From assembly GCA_963779755.1 (NCBI GenBank), contig CAVZZO010000003.1, forward strand, positions 1,280,001 through 1,344,000: a stretch of DNA of 64,000 nt. The letters are read 5' to 3'. Every line of letters begins with the position of its first letter. Position 1 is the first letter of the stretch. This DNA is from an uncultured Gemmatimonadales bacterium (GTDB taxonomy: Bacteria; Gemmatimonadota; Gemmatimonadetes; Gemmatimonadales; GWC2-71-9). The notes under the pieces are model-generated. The model was not told where the DNA came from. It searched no databases and saw only the letters and a program-made list of their open reading frames with translations. Below, in pieces: positions 30,066 through 39,233 of the stretch. The translations under genes and the position numbers were made by a program.

Positions 30066-31997
30066 TCAGCCGGTGTTCAGGGCCTCGTCTGCCGCTCTCC
30101 GCAGCGCCTCGATAAATCCCCGGACATGATCGGGCGCCGGCGGAGGATCCAGCAGGAACGGGTCCATGACCGTCGAGCGCAACACCACCAGGCCCTCCGC
30201 GCCGCTGGATTTCCACTCCGCCGGACTCGCCACGCCCAGGTCCGCCAGGATGGGGTCCACCGCCCCGTCGTACATGGGGCTCTGGAACCGGGTGCGGGTG
30301 ATGATGTACTCCGGCGCCGCGGAGGCCGACGGCTTGCTCATGAGGCCGTAGATGCGCTCGTTGAAGGCGTTCACCGCCTCGAGGGTGGTCTGCGAGGGGT
30401 GCTGCAGCAGATAGCAGACGATGTTGATATCGGGTTCGGGAAGCAGGATCACCCGATAGGGCCCCAGGTCCGCCGAGCGCAATGAGGCGTGCAGCCGCCG
30501 GGCTCCCAGCACGGTCCGCTCCACCAGGTATCCGTACCCGCGCTCGTTCAACGGCAGCACCTTGTGGCTGAGCCAGACCGATGCCGCCGCGGCCCCCGGC
30601 TTGGAACCCTCGAAGATGTACCGCCCGATATAGTCCTCTTCCCGCCCGGCGGCCTCCTCGGCCGGCAACAGATAAGCCGGGTCTACCGCGACCAGCTCGC
30701 GGGCACGACGGTCCCGTACCAGGATGGCGCCGGCGGGATAGGGGATGTAGCCCAGCTTGTGGGGATCGATACTCACCGAGTCGGCCGCCGCCAGCGCTTC
30801 CATGGCGCCAACCCACTCCTCCGCCGGCCAGTCGCTGCCGGTGGAGGCCCGGATGTCGGCGGCCCGGCGCCGTTGCCCATCCAGCCGCCAGGTGACGCTG
30901 GCCGCATACCCGCCGTAACACGCATCCGAGTGCAGGTGAAAGGCGATGCCCAGCTCGCGGCCGGCGCGCTCCCGTACCTGCTGCACCAGATCGAGCCGGT
31001 CCACCGCGCTCTCTTCGGTGGTGCCGCAGACGCTGACGCAGGCGATGGCCGGCCGGTGGTCCGCCGCCTGGCGGCGCAGCCGCTCCCACAGAGCATCCGG
31101 ATCCAGCCGGAAGTGCCGGTCGACCGGGACGAACACCAGCTGGTTGGAACCGATCCCCAGCGCCCGGACGATCTTCTCCCAGGAGTAGTGGGCCGTCGCC
31201 GCCACCATGACCACCGCATCGGGCAACGGGTCGCCGAAGGCCTCGGACAGGCGCCGGTGATAGGTCTGGTATCCCGCGTTGGCCAGGGAGTGCCGGCTCA
31301 GCGCCCGGGCCATGTCGGGACGCGGGGCCGCTTCCCACAAATGCTGCCAGAGATCCAGCGCCGCCCGGGGCGTGATGTTGAGCAGCTCCCAGAGTCCCAG
31401 CCGCCGGAGCGACGTCCGGTCGCCACCCGGAACTTCGATATCCAGATCGATGCCCAGCTCGCTGCACGCCCCCGCGGCCGCCAGCGGCAGGTAGTGCACG
31501 TTCCGCGCAATCCACAGGGCCTCGAAGTTGGCCACCGTCCCGCCCGAGGTCAGATGACCCCAGGCCCGGTCCGGGTCGTACCCCAGCATGCCGGCCAGCT
31601 GGGCGGAGGCCTCCAGTTCGAGCCGGGTGGTCGTGGGCGACGCCTCGGTCGAGACGTTGTTGGGGTTGTAGAGCATCGCCGCGAAGTAACCGACCTGCGC
31701 GGCGATGGTCTGCTCGAAGTTCATGTGCCCCTTGTAGCGTCCGCTGAAGAACGGGACCTCGCTCTTGAGGCGCGCCAGCAGCCCCATCAGCTCCTGCGTC
31801 AGGGTGGCCACCGCCTCCTCGTAGCCTTCCGTGCGGCGGTCGGTCTCGCGGATACTGAAGCCGTCTTCGGGATGATAGTTCCGGCGCCAGAAGACGTGGT
31901 CCCGCAGCGCCTCGGTTATCAGGCGTTCCAGCAGGTCGGCGTTCTCGGCGCGGGGGCCCAGAAACCAGGCGCGGAGTGCGTCGCGGGGAGTCGGCAT
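30066..31997 (-). CDS. Group II PLP-dependent amino-acid decarboxylase (TyrDC-like)
   Basis: WFLGPRAEN, AMLYNPNN, GHLTSGGTVANFEALW, HYSWEK, HSDACYGGY, SIDPHKLGY, EGSKPG. Confidence 0.9.
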   Translation of the reverse strand: MPTPRDALRAWFLGPRAENADLLERLITEALRDHVFWRRNYHPEDGFSIRETDRRTEGYEEAVATLTQELMGLLARLKSEVPFFSGRYKGHMNFEQTIAAQVGYFAAMLYNPNNVSTEASPTTTRLELEASAQLAGMLGYDPDRAWGHLTSGGTVANFEALWIARNVHYLPLAAAGACSELGIDLDIEVPGGDRTSLRRLGLWELLNITPRAALDLWQHLWEAAPRPDMARALSRHSLANAGYQTYHRRLSEAFGDPLPDAVVMVAATAHYSWEKIVRALGIGSNQLVFVPVDRHFRLDPDALWERLRRQAADHRPAIACVSVCGTTEESAVDRLDLVQQVRERAGRELGIAFHLHSDACYGGYAASVTWRLDGQRRRAADIRASTGSDWPAEEWVGAMEALAAADSVSIDPHKLGYIPYPAGAILVRDRRARELVAVDPAYLLPAEEAAGREEDYIGRYIFEGSKPGAAAASVWLSHKVLPLNERGYGYLVERTVLGARRLHASLRSADLGPYRVILLPEPDINIVCYLLQHPSQTTLEAVNAFNERIYGLMSKPSASAAPEYIITRTRFQSPMYDGAVDPILADLGVASPAEWKSSGAEGLVVLRSTVMDPFLLDPPPAPDHVRGFIEALRRAADEALNTG

Positions 31998-32083
31998 CGG
32001 CGAGTGGGCAGAGGGGGCGGAAATAAGAAGAGGGCGGCAGATGGTAAATCTACCGCCCTCCCCCTCTCTGCCGCCTGCGGGCC

Positions 32084-33010
32084 CTAGTTCGCCGCGGTCA
32101 GGCTCAGATCGGTCGTGACCGACTGGCCGCTCACCACCGTGACGGTGGCGGGCAGCGCCGGATCGGTGGTCACCGAGGTGACGCCCGCCGGCAGGGCCAG
32201 ATCCAGCGAATAGTCGCCCGAGGGCTTGAAGCCGAACGAGGCTTCGAAAGTCCCGTCCTGATTGTCGTCGCTGAACCGGACGGTATCGGCGGTATTGTCG
32301 CCCGCAGTGAGCACCGCGGCGAGGTCCGAGAGCAACGCCCCGCCGGGCAGGGTGACGCCGGAAGCGGCCGTCAGGGTGACGGTAGCGCTTCCGGTGGTGG
32401 TGAAATCGGCCCCGGTGATGACCGGGTGCATCACCCACATGCCCGACTGCCCCGCCTGGTGGCCGAAGCTCTGAGCCACGTTGAAATCCACCAGCAGAAT
32501 GCGGGTGCCGCCGTCGGGCACCGTCAGTGCATCGCCGGGCAGCGTGACCTTGAGCCCCGACTGGCCCAGACTGGGGGCCTGGAGCGTGCCGTCCACCTGG
32601 GCGCCCGGCGGCAGGCCCTCATAGGTGGGGCTGGTGGCATAAAGGCTGGACGTGCCGTCACCGTTATCCACCTGGAGGTAGGCGCCGGTGACCACGAAAC
32701 GCAGCTGGCTGTAACTGCCGGCGGGCACCACGACATCTTCGACCAAGCTGCCGGTGCTGTCGGCCAGCGTGAGCAGGTCGGTCGTCACGGCGGTGTCACT
32801 CAGCACCACCTGGCCGCTGTCGCCCTGCAGATAGATCTTCGAAATGGTCACCACCGCCGCCTGGACGTCGCCCGGCGCATCGGTCAGGAGCACGGAGACC
32901 TTCCCGCTGCCGGACGGAGCGGTGCTGTCGCTGCTGCTGCAGCCCGAGAGGAGCGCGGCGGCGCCAACCAGTAACGCGCTCCAGGTTCGAAGCGTTCCAA
33001 TCATTCGCAT
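32084..33010 (-). CDS. DUF4382 domain lipoprotein
   Basis: Lipobox LSGC, LLTDAP, DLLTL, PAGSYSQLRF, PSLGQSGLKV, LVDFNVAQS. Confidence 0.85.
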   Translation of the reverse strand: MRMIGTLRTWSALLVGAAALLSGCSSSDSTAPSGSGKVSVLLTDAPGDVQAAVVTISKIYLQGDSGQVVLSDTAVTTDLLTLADSTGSLVEDVVVPAGSYSQLRFVVTGAYLQVDNGDGTSSLYATSPTYEGLPPGAQVDGTLQAPSLGQSGLKVTLPGDALTVPDGGTRILLVDFNVAQSFGHQAGQSGMWVMHPVITGADFTTTGSATVTLTAASGVTLPGGALLSDLAAVLTAGDNTADTVRFSDDNQDGTFEASFGFKPSGDYSLDLALPAGVTSVTTDPALPATVTVVSGQSVTTDLSLTAAN

Positions 33011-33101
33011 GGTAGTCCTGAGCTGAGGTAAGGTGTCAGAGATTGCCACGCCACGGATGCCGCGGCGTTCGATACCTTACTCTCCCGCCGGGGCGCGCCA
33101 C

Positions 33102-33117
33102 TGTGACGAATCCCACA
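33102..33117. promoter_or_regulatory. CRP-like box
   Basis: TGTGA-CGAATC-CCACA (9/10), about 90 bp upstream of the DUF4382 gene starting at 33010. Confidence 0.5.
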
Positions 33118-33240
33118 CCCGGAAGCGCAAGTTGTTGCGTGATTGTCCAGAAAATGTCGGCGCGACGTGGCACGCGGCCGCGGCAACCGCAGTGTATCGC
33201 GTGTGCCGCGGCCTCGAGCTCTCCACTGCAGCTTTCCGCG

Positions 33241-34158
33241 CTAGTTGGCGCCGGTCAGGCCGAATGACGCGGTGGACGACTGCCCGCTCACGATCGTGAG
33301 CGTGGCGGGGAGCGCCGGGCTGGTGGTCACGGCGGTGAGCCCTTCGGGCAGTTTCAGGTCGAGCGAGTAGTTGCCCGGGGGGAGGTAGGGGAAGGTCGCC
33401 TCGAACGTCCCGTCCTGGTTGGCGTCGCTGAACGCGGCGGAGGATGTCGTGCTGTCGCCGGCTGTCAGCACCGCCTGCAGATCGGTCATGCCGGCGCCGC
33501 CGGGAAGCACCACGCCCGAGTCGGGCGTGACGGTTACCTTCGCGTTCCCCGTCAGTGTCATGTCCGAGCCCTTGATCACCGGGAGCAGGACCCACTGTCC
33601 CGAGCCGGTCTGGTGGCCGAAGCTCTGGGAGACGTCGAAGTCCACCAGCAGGATCCGGGCACCTCCCTCTGGCACGGCCAGGGAATCGTCGGGCATCAGG
33701 ACCTTGAGCCCGGATTCGGTCAGGCTGGGCGCCAGCAGCGTGCCGTCCACCTGGGCGCCGGGCGGCAGCCCGGCATAGCCGGCGCTGGTGGCGTAGATGC
33801 TGGAGGTGCCGTCGCCGTTATCCACCCTGATGTAAGCGCCCGTGATCACGAAACGGAGCTGCTCATACACGCCGGCGGGAATATCGACCTCATGGACCAG
33901 GTTCTGGGTGGTGTGGGAAAGCGTGATGAGATCGGTGGTGACCGCCTGGTTTCGCAGCATCGCCTGGGTGATCTCGGATTGCAGATAGATCCTCGAAATG
34001 GTGACCACTGCCGCCTGAACGTCGCCCGGCGCATCGGTCAGGAGCAACGAAATCTTGCCGGTGCCGGCGGTCCCCGTGCTGTCGCTGCAGCCGGAGAGCA
34101 GAACCAGGACCGCGCCCAGCAGCGCCGTCCGGCTCCGGAAGAGTTGACTCAGTCGCAT
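33241..34158 (-). CDS. DUF4382 domain lipoprotein (tandem paralog)
   Basis: LSGC, LLTDAPGDVQAAVVTISRIYLQ nearly identical to the neighbour. Confidence 0.85.
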   Translation of the reverse strand: MRLSQLFRSRTALLGAVLVLLSGCSDSTGTAGTGKISLLLTDAPGDVQAAVVTISRIYLQSEITQAMLRNQAVTTDLITLSHTTQNLVHEVDIPAGVYEQLRFVITGAYIRVDNGDGTSSIYATSAGYAGLPPGAQVDGTLLAPSLTESGLKVLMPDDSLAVPEGGARILLVDFDVSQSFGHQTGSGQWVLLPVIKGSDMTLTGNAKVTVTPDSGVVLPGGAGMTDLQAVLTAGDSTTSSAAFSDANQDGTFEATFPYLPPGNYSLDLKLPEGLTAVTTSPALPATLTIVSGQSSTASFGLTGAN

Positions 34159-34329
34159 ATAAGCCGTCCCTGCTGGGGTGATCCCTGTGACCGCGCCTCC
34201 GCTGGCATGGAAGGGCGCATGGGTCAAGCTAGGATTTACACCCGGAAGAACCGGGAACGATTCGCATGAAACCGTTCTTGGGACCGGCTCACCTTTCCCT
34301 CAGAGTATCCTCCCCGGGCCGGCCCGGCC

Positions 34330-34602
34330 TCAGCCCTCCACGCTTCTCCCCGCCGCCAGGTTGTAGACCCAGGCGAGCACCACCCCGGCGACCGCCCCGT
34401 CCACCAGGGCGTAGAGAGTCACGACAATCACCGAGCCAAAGCCGGCGCCGGGGCCCTGGTATCCGGGATAGAGGGACTGGCCCAACTGCAGCCAGGCGGC
34501 ACCGTAGCCCGGCCAGATCAGGTTGGCGATGCCGGTCAGAAAGAAACAGCCGCCCCATAGAATGGCGGCGGCCCACGCAGCACCTCGGATGCTCAATCTC
34601 AT
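34330..34602 (-). CDS. Small 2-TM membrane protein (family often annotated holin-like)
   Basis: AAAILWG, SLYPGY, DGAVAGVVLAWVYN; GGAGG SD. Confidence 0.75.
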   Translation of the reverse strand: MRLSIRGAAWAAAILWGGCFFLTGIANLIWPGYGAAWLQLGQSLYPGYQGPGAGFGSVIVVTLYALVDGAVAGVVLAWVYNLAAGRSVEG

Positions 34603-34617
34603 GAGTTCCTCCCTCAA

Positions 34618-34681
34618 GACGGTAGGACGGCAAGGCGGCAAGGCGGCAAGACGGCCAGACGGCAGGGCAGCAGGGCGGCAA
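34618..34681 (+). repeat. Degenerate GRCGGCAR octamer array (8 units)
   Basis: GACGGTAG GACGGCAA GGCGGCAA GGCGGCAA GACGGCCA GACGGCAG GGCAGCAG GGCGGCAA. Confidence 0.85.
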
Positions 34682-34721
34682 GCAAGGGAGAAGGTTTCCT
34701 GATCCGCACAGTCGGCAGTCC

Positions 34722-36227
34722 TCAGTCCTTTACAATCTGCCCGCCGATCCATCCGGCGGCTGTCGTCTCACCTGAGTGCTCCACCAGCCGCCGCAGCTCA
34801 CGGACGCCGCCCTCGAAGGCGTACGCCTCGTAACCATCCCGTTGCATCAGCTCGGCCACCAGCGCCGACTGCACGCCGAAGCTGCAGTAGAGCACATAGC
34901 GCGCCGACTTCTCCAGCTTGCGGAAGTGGGTGGCCAGTTCGCTCAGGTCCCGGCGGACCGCCCCGGGATAGTGCCAGTTCTGGAAGTAGTGCGGCTCCCG
35001 GCAATCCAGCACTACCGTATCGCCTCCGAGCTCATGGGTGAAGAGATAGGGCCGCACCAGGTCGGACGGCTGGAGCGCGCGGAGATCCAGCACCCGGAGG
35101 CCGGCCAGTGCCTCCTGGAGCGGCGCGGGGTCCATGCACGCGTCCTGCTCCTCGGCCGCCTCGGGGGTACAGCGGGTGACCGGTCGGTCGCGGCCCAGAG
35201 CGCAGTACTCCCGGATGTGGGCGCTCAGGGCGGCGGTGCCCACCTGCCCGGCGCGCTCGATGATCTCGTTCTTGTCCAGCCCCACCAGCGGCCGCAGCAG
35301 CGGCAGCGAGACGCTGGTTTCGATGGCCCGCAGGTTGTGCAGCGTCTGCGAGCTGACCTGCCCCAGCGACTCGCCGGTGACAATCGCCTCGGCGCCGAGC
35401 GCGGTGGCCACGGATTCGGCGGCGCGATAGAAAAGCCGCTTCAGCACCACCTGCCAGAAGCGCGGCTCCACGGTACGGCGCAGCTCGTCCACCACCGGGC
35501 CGAACTCCAGCACGCGAATGGCCGGCCGGTAGCCGAACGACCAGCGTTCCGCCAGGACCTTCGCCACCGAAACGACCGACCGCTCGTAGGCTTCGCCGCC
35601 GAGATTGCAGAAGACGTATTCCAGCGCGACGCCGCGCTTGAGCATGAGCCAGGCCGCCACGGCGGAATCGAACCCGCCGGAGATGAGACAGACCGCCCTG
35701 CCCTCCACGCCCAGCGGCAGCCCCCCCGGTCCGGGGACCCTGGTGCTGTAGAACAGCGCCTCCTGCCCCCGCAGCTCCACGGTGACGGTGACATCCGGAT
35801 GGTCCAGATCGACGTCGCCGTAACGATCCAGCGCCGCCCCCAGCTGAACCATGATCTCGGTGGTGCCGAAGCCATAGCGCCCGTCGCGCCGGGCCCGCAC
35901 CGCGAACATGCGGTCGCGCACCCGCTCCGCGTACAGCGCTTCGCCCGTCCGTACGATCTCTTCCAGCACCGGCGCGCAGCGGGCTTCCACCACCGAAAGC
36001 GAGGACACCCCGAAGACCGCCCGCAGGTGCTGGGCGGCGGTTTCGGGATCCGGAGTCTCCACCATGATCCGGCTCCAGCGGTCCTCGATATGGGCCGGAA
36101 TACCGGCCGAGGCCAGGCAGTCCCGCAGGTTGGCGGCGAGCCGCTCCTGAAACCGGCGGCGGGTCCGGCGGCTCTTGGTGGCGATTTCGGGTGCCACCCG
36201 GATGAGGAGAAGGCCGGGCGAGGGCAT
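34722..36227 (-). CDS. thiI: tRNA 4-thiouridine synthase ThiI with C-terminal rhodanese domain
   Basis: THUMP domain, GPGGLPLGVEG, PP-loop SGGFDS, GESLGQVSSQT, LRPLVG, YCSFGVQS. Confidence 0.95.
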   Translation of the reverse strand: MPSPGLLLIRVAPEIATKSRRTRRRFQERLAANLRDCLASAGIPAHIEDRWSRIMVETPDPETAAQHLRAVFGVSSLSVVEARCAPVLEEIVRTGEALYAERVRDRMFAVRARRDGRYGFGTTEIMVQLGAALDRYGDVDLDHPDVTVTVELRGQEALFYSTRVPGPGGLPLGVEGRAVCLISGGFDSAVAAWLMLKRGVALEYVFCNLGGEAYERSVVSVAKVLAERWSFGYRPAIRVLEFGPVVDELRRTVEPRFWQVVLKRLFYRAAESVATALGAEAIVTGESLGQVSSQTLHNLRAIETSVSLPLLRPLVGLDKNEIIERAGQVGTAALSAHIREYCALGRDRPVTRCTPEAAEEQDACMDPAPLQEALAGLRVLDLRALQPSDLVRPYLFTHELGGDTVVLDCREPHYFQNWHYPGAVRRDLSELATHFRKLEKSARYVLYCSFGVQSALVAELMQRDGYEAYAFEGGVRELRRLVEHSGETTAAGWIGGQIVKD

Positions 36228-36238
36228 AAAGGAAAGAA

Positions 36239-36300
36239 GGCGGCAGGACGGCAGGACGGCAAGACGGCAGGACGGCAGGACGGCAGGACGGCAGGACGGT
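36239..36300 (+). repeat. GACGGCAG octamer array (about 7.5 units)
   Basis: Directly visible, immediately upstream of the thiI start. Confidence 0.9.
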
Positions 36301-36400
36301 CGCGCGGGAGGGGCCGACTGCCTATCTTTCGCGCCCTTGGCAGGGATCGCCGGTGCGCGGTCCCTCGACACTCGATCCTTTCGACCCTCACGACGACCGA

Positions 36401-36958
36401 ATGAAAGCTTCCGATATCCGCCGCGGACATGTGATCATGTTCGGTGGTCATCCCTGCCGCGTGATGGACTTTACCCATCGCACCCCGGGCAACCTGCGCG
36501 CGTTCGTGCAGGCCCGGATGCGGGACCTGACCACCGGGAACACCTTCGACCACCGCTTCAGCGCCACCGAGTTCGTCGACGAGGCACGGCTGGACACCAA
36601 GGAGCTGCAGGTGCTCTACCGTGACGCCTCCGGCGTGCATGTCATGGACCAGCAGACCTTCGACCAGTACATGCTGGACGAAGAGACCACCGGCGACCAG
36701 GGCACCTGGCTGGAGCCGGGGATGAACTTCCAGGCCGAGTTCCTGGAGGGGCGGCCCATCGCCATCATGCTGCCCTCGGTCATCGAGCTGGAAGTGGTGG
36801 AGACGGCGCCGGTCATGAAGACCGCCACCAAGACGGCCAGCACCAAGCCGGCCAAGCTGAGCAACGGCGTCACCGTCCAGGTGCCGGAGTTCATTCCCGA
36901 AGGCGAGCGTGTCCGGGTGAACCCGGCCACGGGCGAGTATCTGGAGCGGGCCAAGTAG
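36401..36958 (+). CDS. efp: Elongation factor P
   Basis: KOW loop HRTPGNLRAFVQ, MDQQTFDQ, TKPAKLSNGVTVQVPEFI..GE.VRV....GEYLERA. Confidence 0.93.
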   Translation: MKASDIRRGHVIMFGGHPCRVMDFTHRTPGNLRAFVQARMRDLTTGNTFDHRFSATEFVDEARLDTKELQVLYRDASGVHVMDQQTFDQYMLDEETTGDQGTWLEPGMNFQAEFLEGRPIAIMLPSVIELEVVETAPVMKTATKTASTKPAKLSNGVTVQVPEFIPEGERVRVNPATGEYLERAK

Positions 36959-37000
36959 GAGTGGGCAGAGTGGGCAGAATGGACAGAACAGAAGGTGCAC

Positions 37001-37036
37001 AAAAAGCGACCGCCCGGCTCCTCGAGTCGGGCGGTC
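37001..37036 (-). terminator. Rho-independent terminator
   Basis: Minus strand GACCGCCCGACTC-gag-GAGCCGGGCGGTC-gc-TTTTT. Confidence 0.75.
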
Positions 37037-37146
37037 TGGCATCGGGCGAATGGACTTTGGCGTCCACTCTCAGGAGGCCGGCTTGTTGCCGAGCCCCGTA
37101 GGTCCAGACTTCCCCCTACTAACTGCCCGGTGCCGTAGCTCACCTG
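37001..37146 (-). ncRNA. Unassigned structured small RNA candidate
   Basis: Closing stem 37125-37134/37038-37047, internal hairpins, own promoter and terminator, no convincing ORF. Confidence 0.6.
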
Positions 37147-37152
37147 AAAAGA

Positions 37153-37181
37153 AAGGTATTATCCACTGCATGAAGCGGCAA
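37153..37181 (-). promoter_or_regulatory. Sigma70-type promoter for the candidate sRNA
   Basis: TTGCCG-N17-TACCTT. Confidence 0.6.
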
Positions 37182-37209
37182 GGAAGCGCGAATGAAAAGA
37201 CGCCACACC

Positions 37210-38448
37210 CTAGGTCTTCCCACTCTGCCCACTCTGCGAAAGAATGGTCGCCGCCACCATCGTGCCCGTCACATTAGCCGTGGTTCGGAACATGTCGGGG
37301 ATGGTATCCACGCCCAGCAGGATACCCAGCCCCTGCGCCGGAATGCCGACCGAGCTGAGCAGCGGCAGCATGATGAGAATGCTCCCGCCCGGGACGCCGG
37401 GGATGCTGAAGGTGAGGAGAATGGTCGTGATCCCCACGGTCAGCAGCTGCGCCGCCGAGAGCTCGATCCCGTAGAGCCGCGCCAGGAACAGGATGCCCAC
37501 CGGCAGCCCTACCGTGCCGCCCAGCCGGAAGGTAGAAGCGGAGATGGGCAGGAAGAGATCGCGAATGGCCGGGGGGAAGCCCAGCTGCCGCTCCCCCTCC
37601 TCCATCATGGTGGGAAGCGCCGCCAGGGATGAGCGCCCGCTGAAGGCGATCGCCTGGGCGGGCGCGGCGCCCCGCGCAAACCGGACGGGCGAGACCCGCG
37701 CCGCCAGGGCCACCACCGGATAGAGCAGCACGAGAATGAGCATGGTCAGCCCAACCACCACGCCGATATACCAGGCGACCGCCTCGAGCGTGCGGAAGCC
37801 CAGGTGAGCCGCGAGGGGCAACGCCAGGGCAAAGACGCCGATCGGCGCCAGCTCGAGCAGCCAGCGTACCAGCGTCAGCATGGCGGTGAACACGGCGCGG
37901 GTGAACCGGATCACCAGCTCCGACTGCTCGGCGGGGATGCGGCTCACGGCCAGGCCGGCGGCGATGGAGAACACGATGAGCGGGAGCAGCGCACCATCCG
38001 CCGCCGATTTCACCACGTTGGTGGGAATGAGGGCTACCAGCCACTGGCGCAGATCGGGCAGGCCGGTGGCCGGCGGTGCGGCGGCCGCGCCGGCGCTGGC
38101 GCGCAGGGCCTGGGCCGCCTCGGGCACCAGATGGAACCCGCGGAGCAGCAGGGGGCCCAGCGTCAGAGTGAGAGCCGTCCCGCCGGCAAGAAGCAGGACG
38201 AAAATCGCCAGGCTCTGCCAGCCGAGCCGGCCCAGCTGCCGGCTCTCCCGGCTGGAGCCGGCGCCGGCAATGAGGCCCGAGACCACCAGCGGGATGATGG
38301 TCATGCGCAGCGCATTGATCCAGAGCGTGCCCAGCGGCTCGATCCAGCGCACGGCGCCGTCCAGCGCGGGCTGATGGGCCAGCGAGACCAGGATACCTGC
38401 CACCAGTCCGGCGACCAGGCCCAGCACCACACGCACGGTAAGGGACAT
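37210..38448 (-). CDS. Dicarboxylate/amino acid:cation symporter (DAACS)
   Basis: ALRMTIIPLV, IPTN, APIGVFAL, AFSGRSSLAALP, PGVPG, VDTIPDMFRTTANVTG. Confidence 0.92.
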   Translation of the reverse strand: MSLTVRVVLGLVAGLVAGILVSLAHQPALDGAVRWIEPLGTLWINALRMTIIPLVVSGLIAGAGSSRESRQLGRLGWQSLAIFVLLLAGGTALTLTLGPLLLRGFHLVPEAAQALRASAGAAAAPPATGLPDLRQWLVALIPTNVVKSAADGALLPLIVFSIAAGLAVSRIPAEQSELVIRFTRAVFTAMLTLVRWLLELAPIGVFALALPLAAHLGFRTLEAVAWYIGVVVGLTMLILVLLYPVVALAARVSPVRFARGAAPAQAIAFSGRSSLAALPTMMEEGERQLGFPPAIRDLFLPISASTFRLGGTVGLPVGILFLARLYGIELSAAQLLTVGITTILLTFSIPGVPGGSILIMLPLLSSVGIPAQGLGILLGVDTIPDMFRTTANVTGTMVAATILSQSGQSGKT

Positions 38449-38459
38449 GGAGGCGCGCC

Positions 38460-39233
38460 TCAGCGCTCGCCCAGGATCGGCTGGCGTCTGGGCCCGCGGG
38501 CGAAATCGGGCGCATGGACCTCGGCGCTGTGCCGGATAGCTTCGATTGCCAGATCGCAGGAATCGGTGGCCGTGAGCAGACCGATATCGTCTTCGCCGAT
38601 GGTAGCTTCGGGCACCAGGCTGCGCTCCAGGAAATCGAGCATCGGCCGCCAGTAGTCCACACCCATCAGGATGATGGGAAAGACTTTCATCTTGCCGGTC
38701 TGCGCCAGCGTGAGCGATTCGAACAGCTCATCCAGCGTCCCGAAGCCGCCGGGCATGACCACGAAGGCGATGCTGTACTTGACCAGCATCACCTTGCGCA
38801 CGAAGAAGTGCCGGAAGGTGATGAACCGGTCCACGTAGGGATTGGGCTTCTGCTCCTGGGGCAGCTCGATGTTGCAGCCGAGGGACCGGCCTCCGGCCTC
38901 CTGCGCCCCGCGGTTGGCCGCCTCCATGATGCCGGGACCGCCGCCGGTCATGACGGTCAGGCCGGTGCCCGCAATGCGGCCGCCCATCTCGCGGGCCAGC
39001 TGATAATAGCGATGGCCTTCCTGAAAGCGCGCGCTGCCGAACACGGTAACGCAGGGCCCCACGAAATGCAGCGCCCGGAAGCCGTGAATGAACTCCCGGG
39101 CGATTCGGCCGACGTGGCCGAGCTCGCTGAGCCGCGAACGCGGCCCCACCAGCCAGTCGCGCACCTCGTCGGTGAGGGGCTCGGGCACGAGGCGGTCCAG
39201 CAGCGAGCCCGGTTCCGGCTCGGGATTGCTCAT
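38460..39233 (-). CDS. LOG family (TIGR00730) nucleotide phosphoribohydrolase
   Basis: VTVFGSAR, TGGGPGIMEAANRGA, FFVRKVM, PGGFGTLDE; ATGA overlap with the addA-like stop. Confidence 0.92.
   Translation of the reverse strand: MSNPEPEPGSLLDRLVPEPLTDEVRDWLVGPRSRLSELGHVGRIAREFIHGFRALHFVGPCVTVFGSARFQEGHRYYQLAREMGGRIAGTGLTVMTGGGPGIMEAANRGAQEAGGRSLGCNIELPQEQKPNPYVDRFITFRHFFVRKVMLVKYSIAFVVMPGGFGTLDELFESLTLAQTGKMKVFPIILMGVDYWRPMLDFLERSLVPEATIGEDDIGLLTATDSCDLAIEAIRHSAEVHAPDFARGPRRQPILGER

Noticed and set aside
34330..34602. Holin-like protein as evidence of a prophage
   Set aside because: No phage genes nearby; housekeeping context
36239..36300. Tandem repeats as a CRISPR array
   Set aside because: Units are 7-9 nt with no unique spacers and no cas genes; the Cas4-like Cys pattern nearby belongs to AddAB nuclease domains
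37038..37134. Glycine, c-di-AMP or c-di-GMP-II riboswitch
   Set aside because: Only short fragments (CTCTCAGG, GTTAGTAG) match, and there is no downstream gene to regulate on either strand
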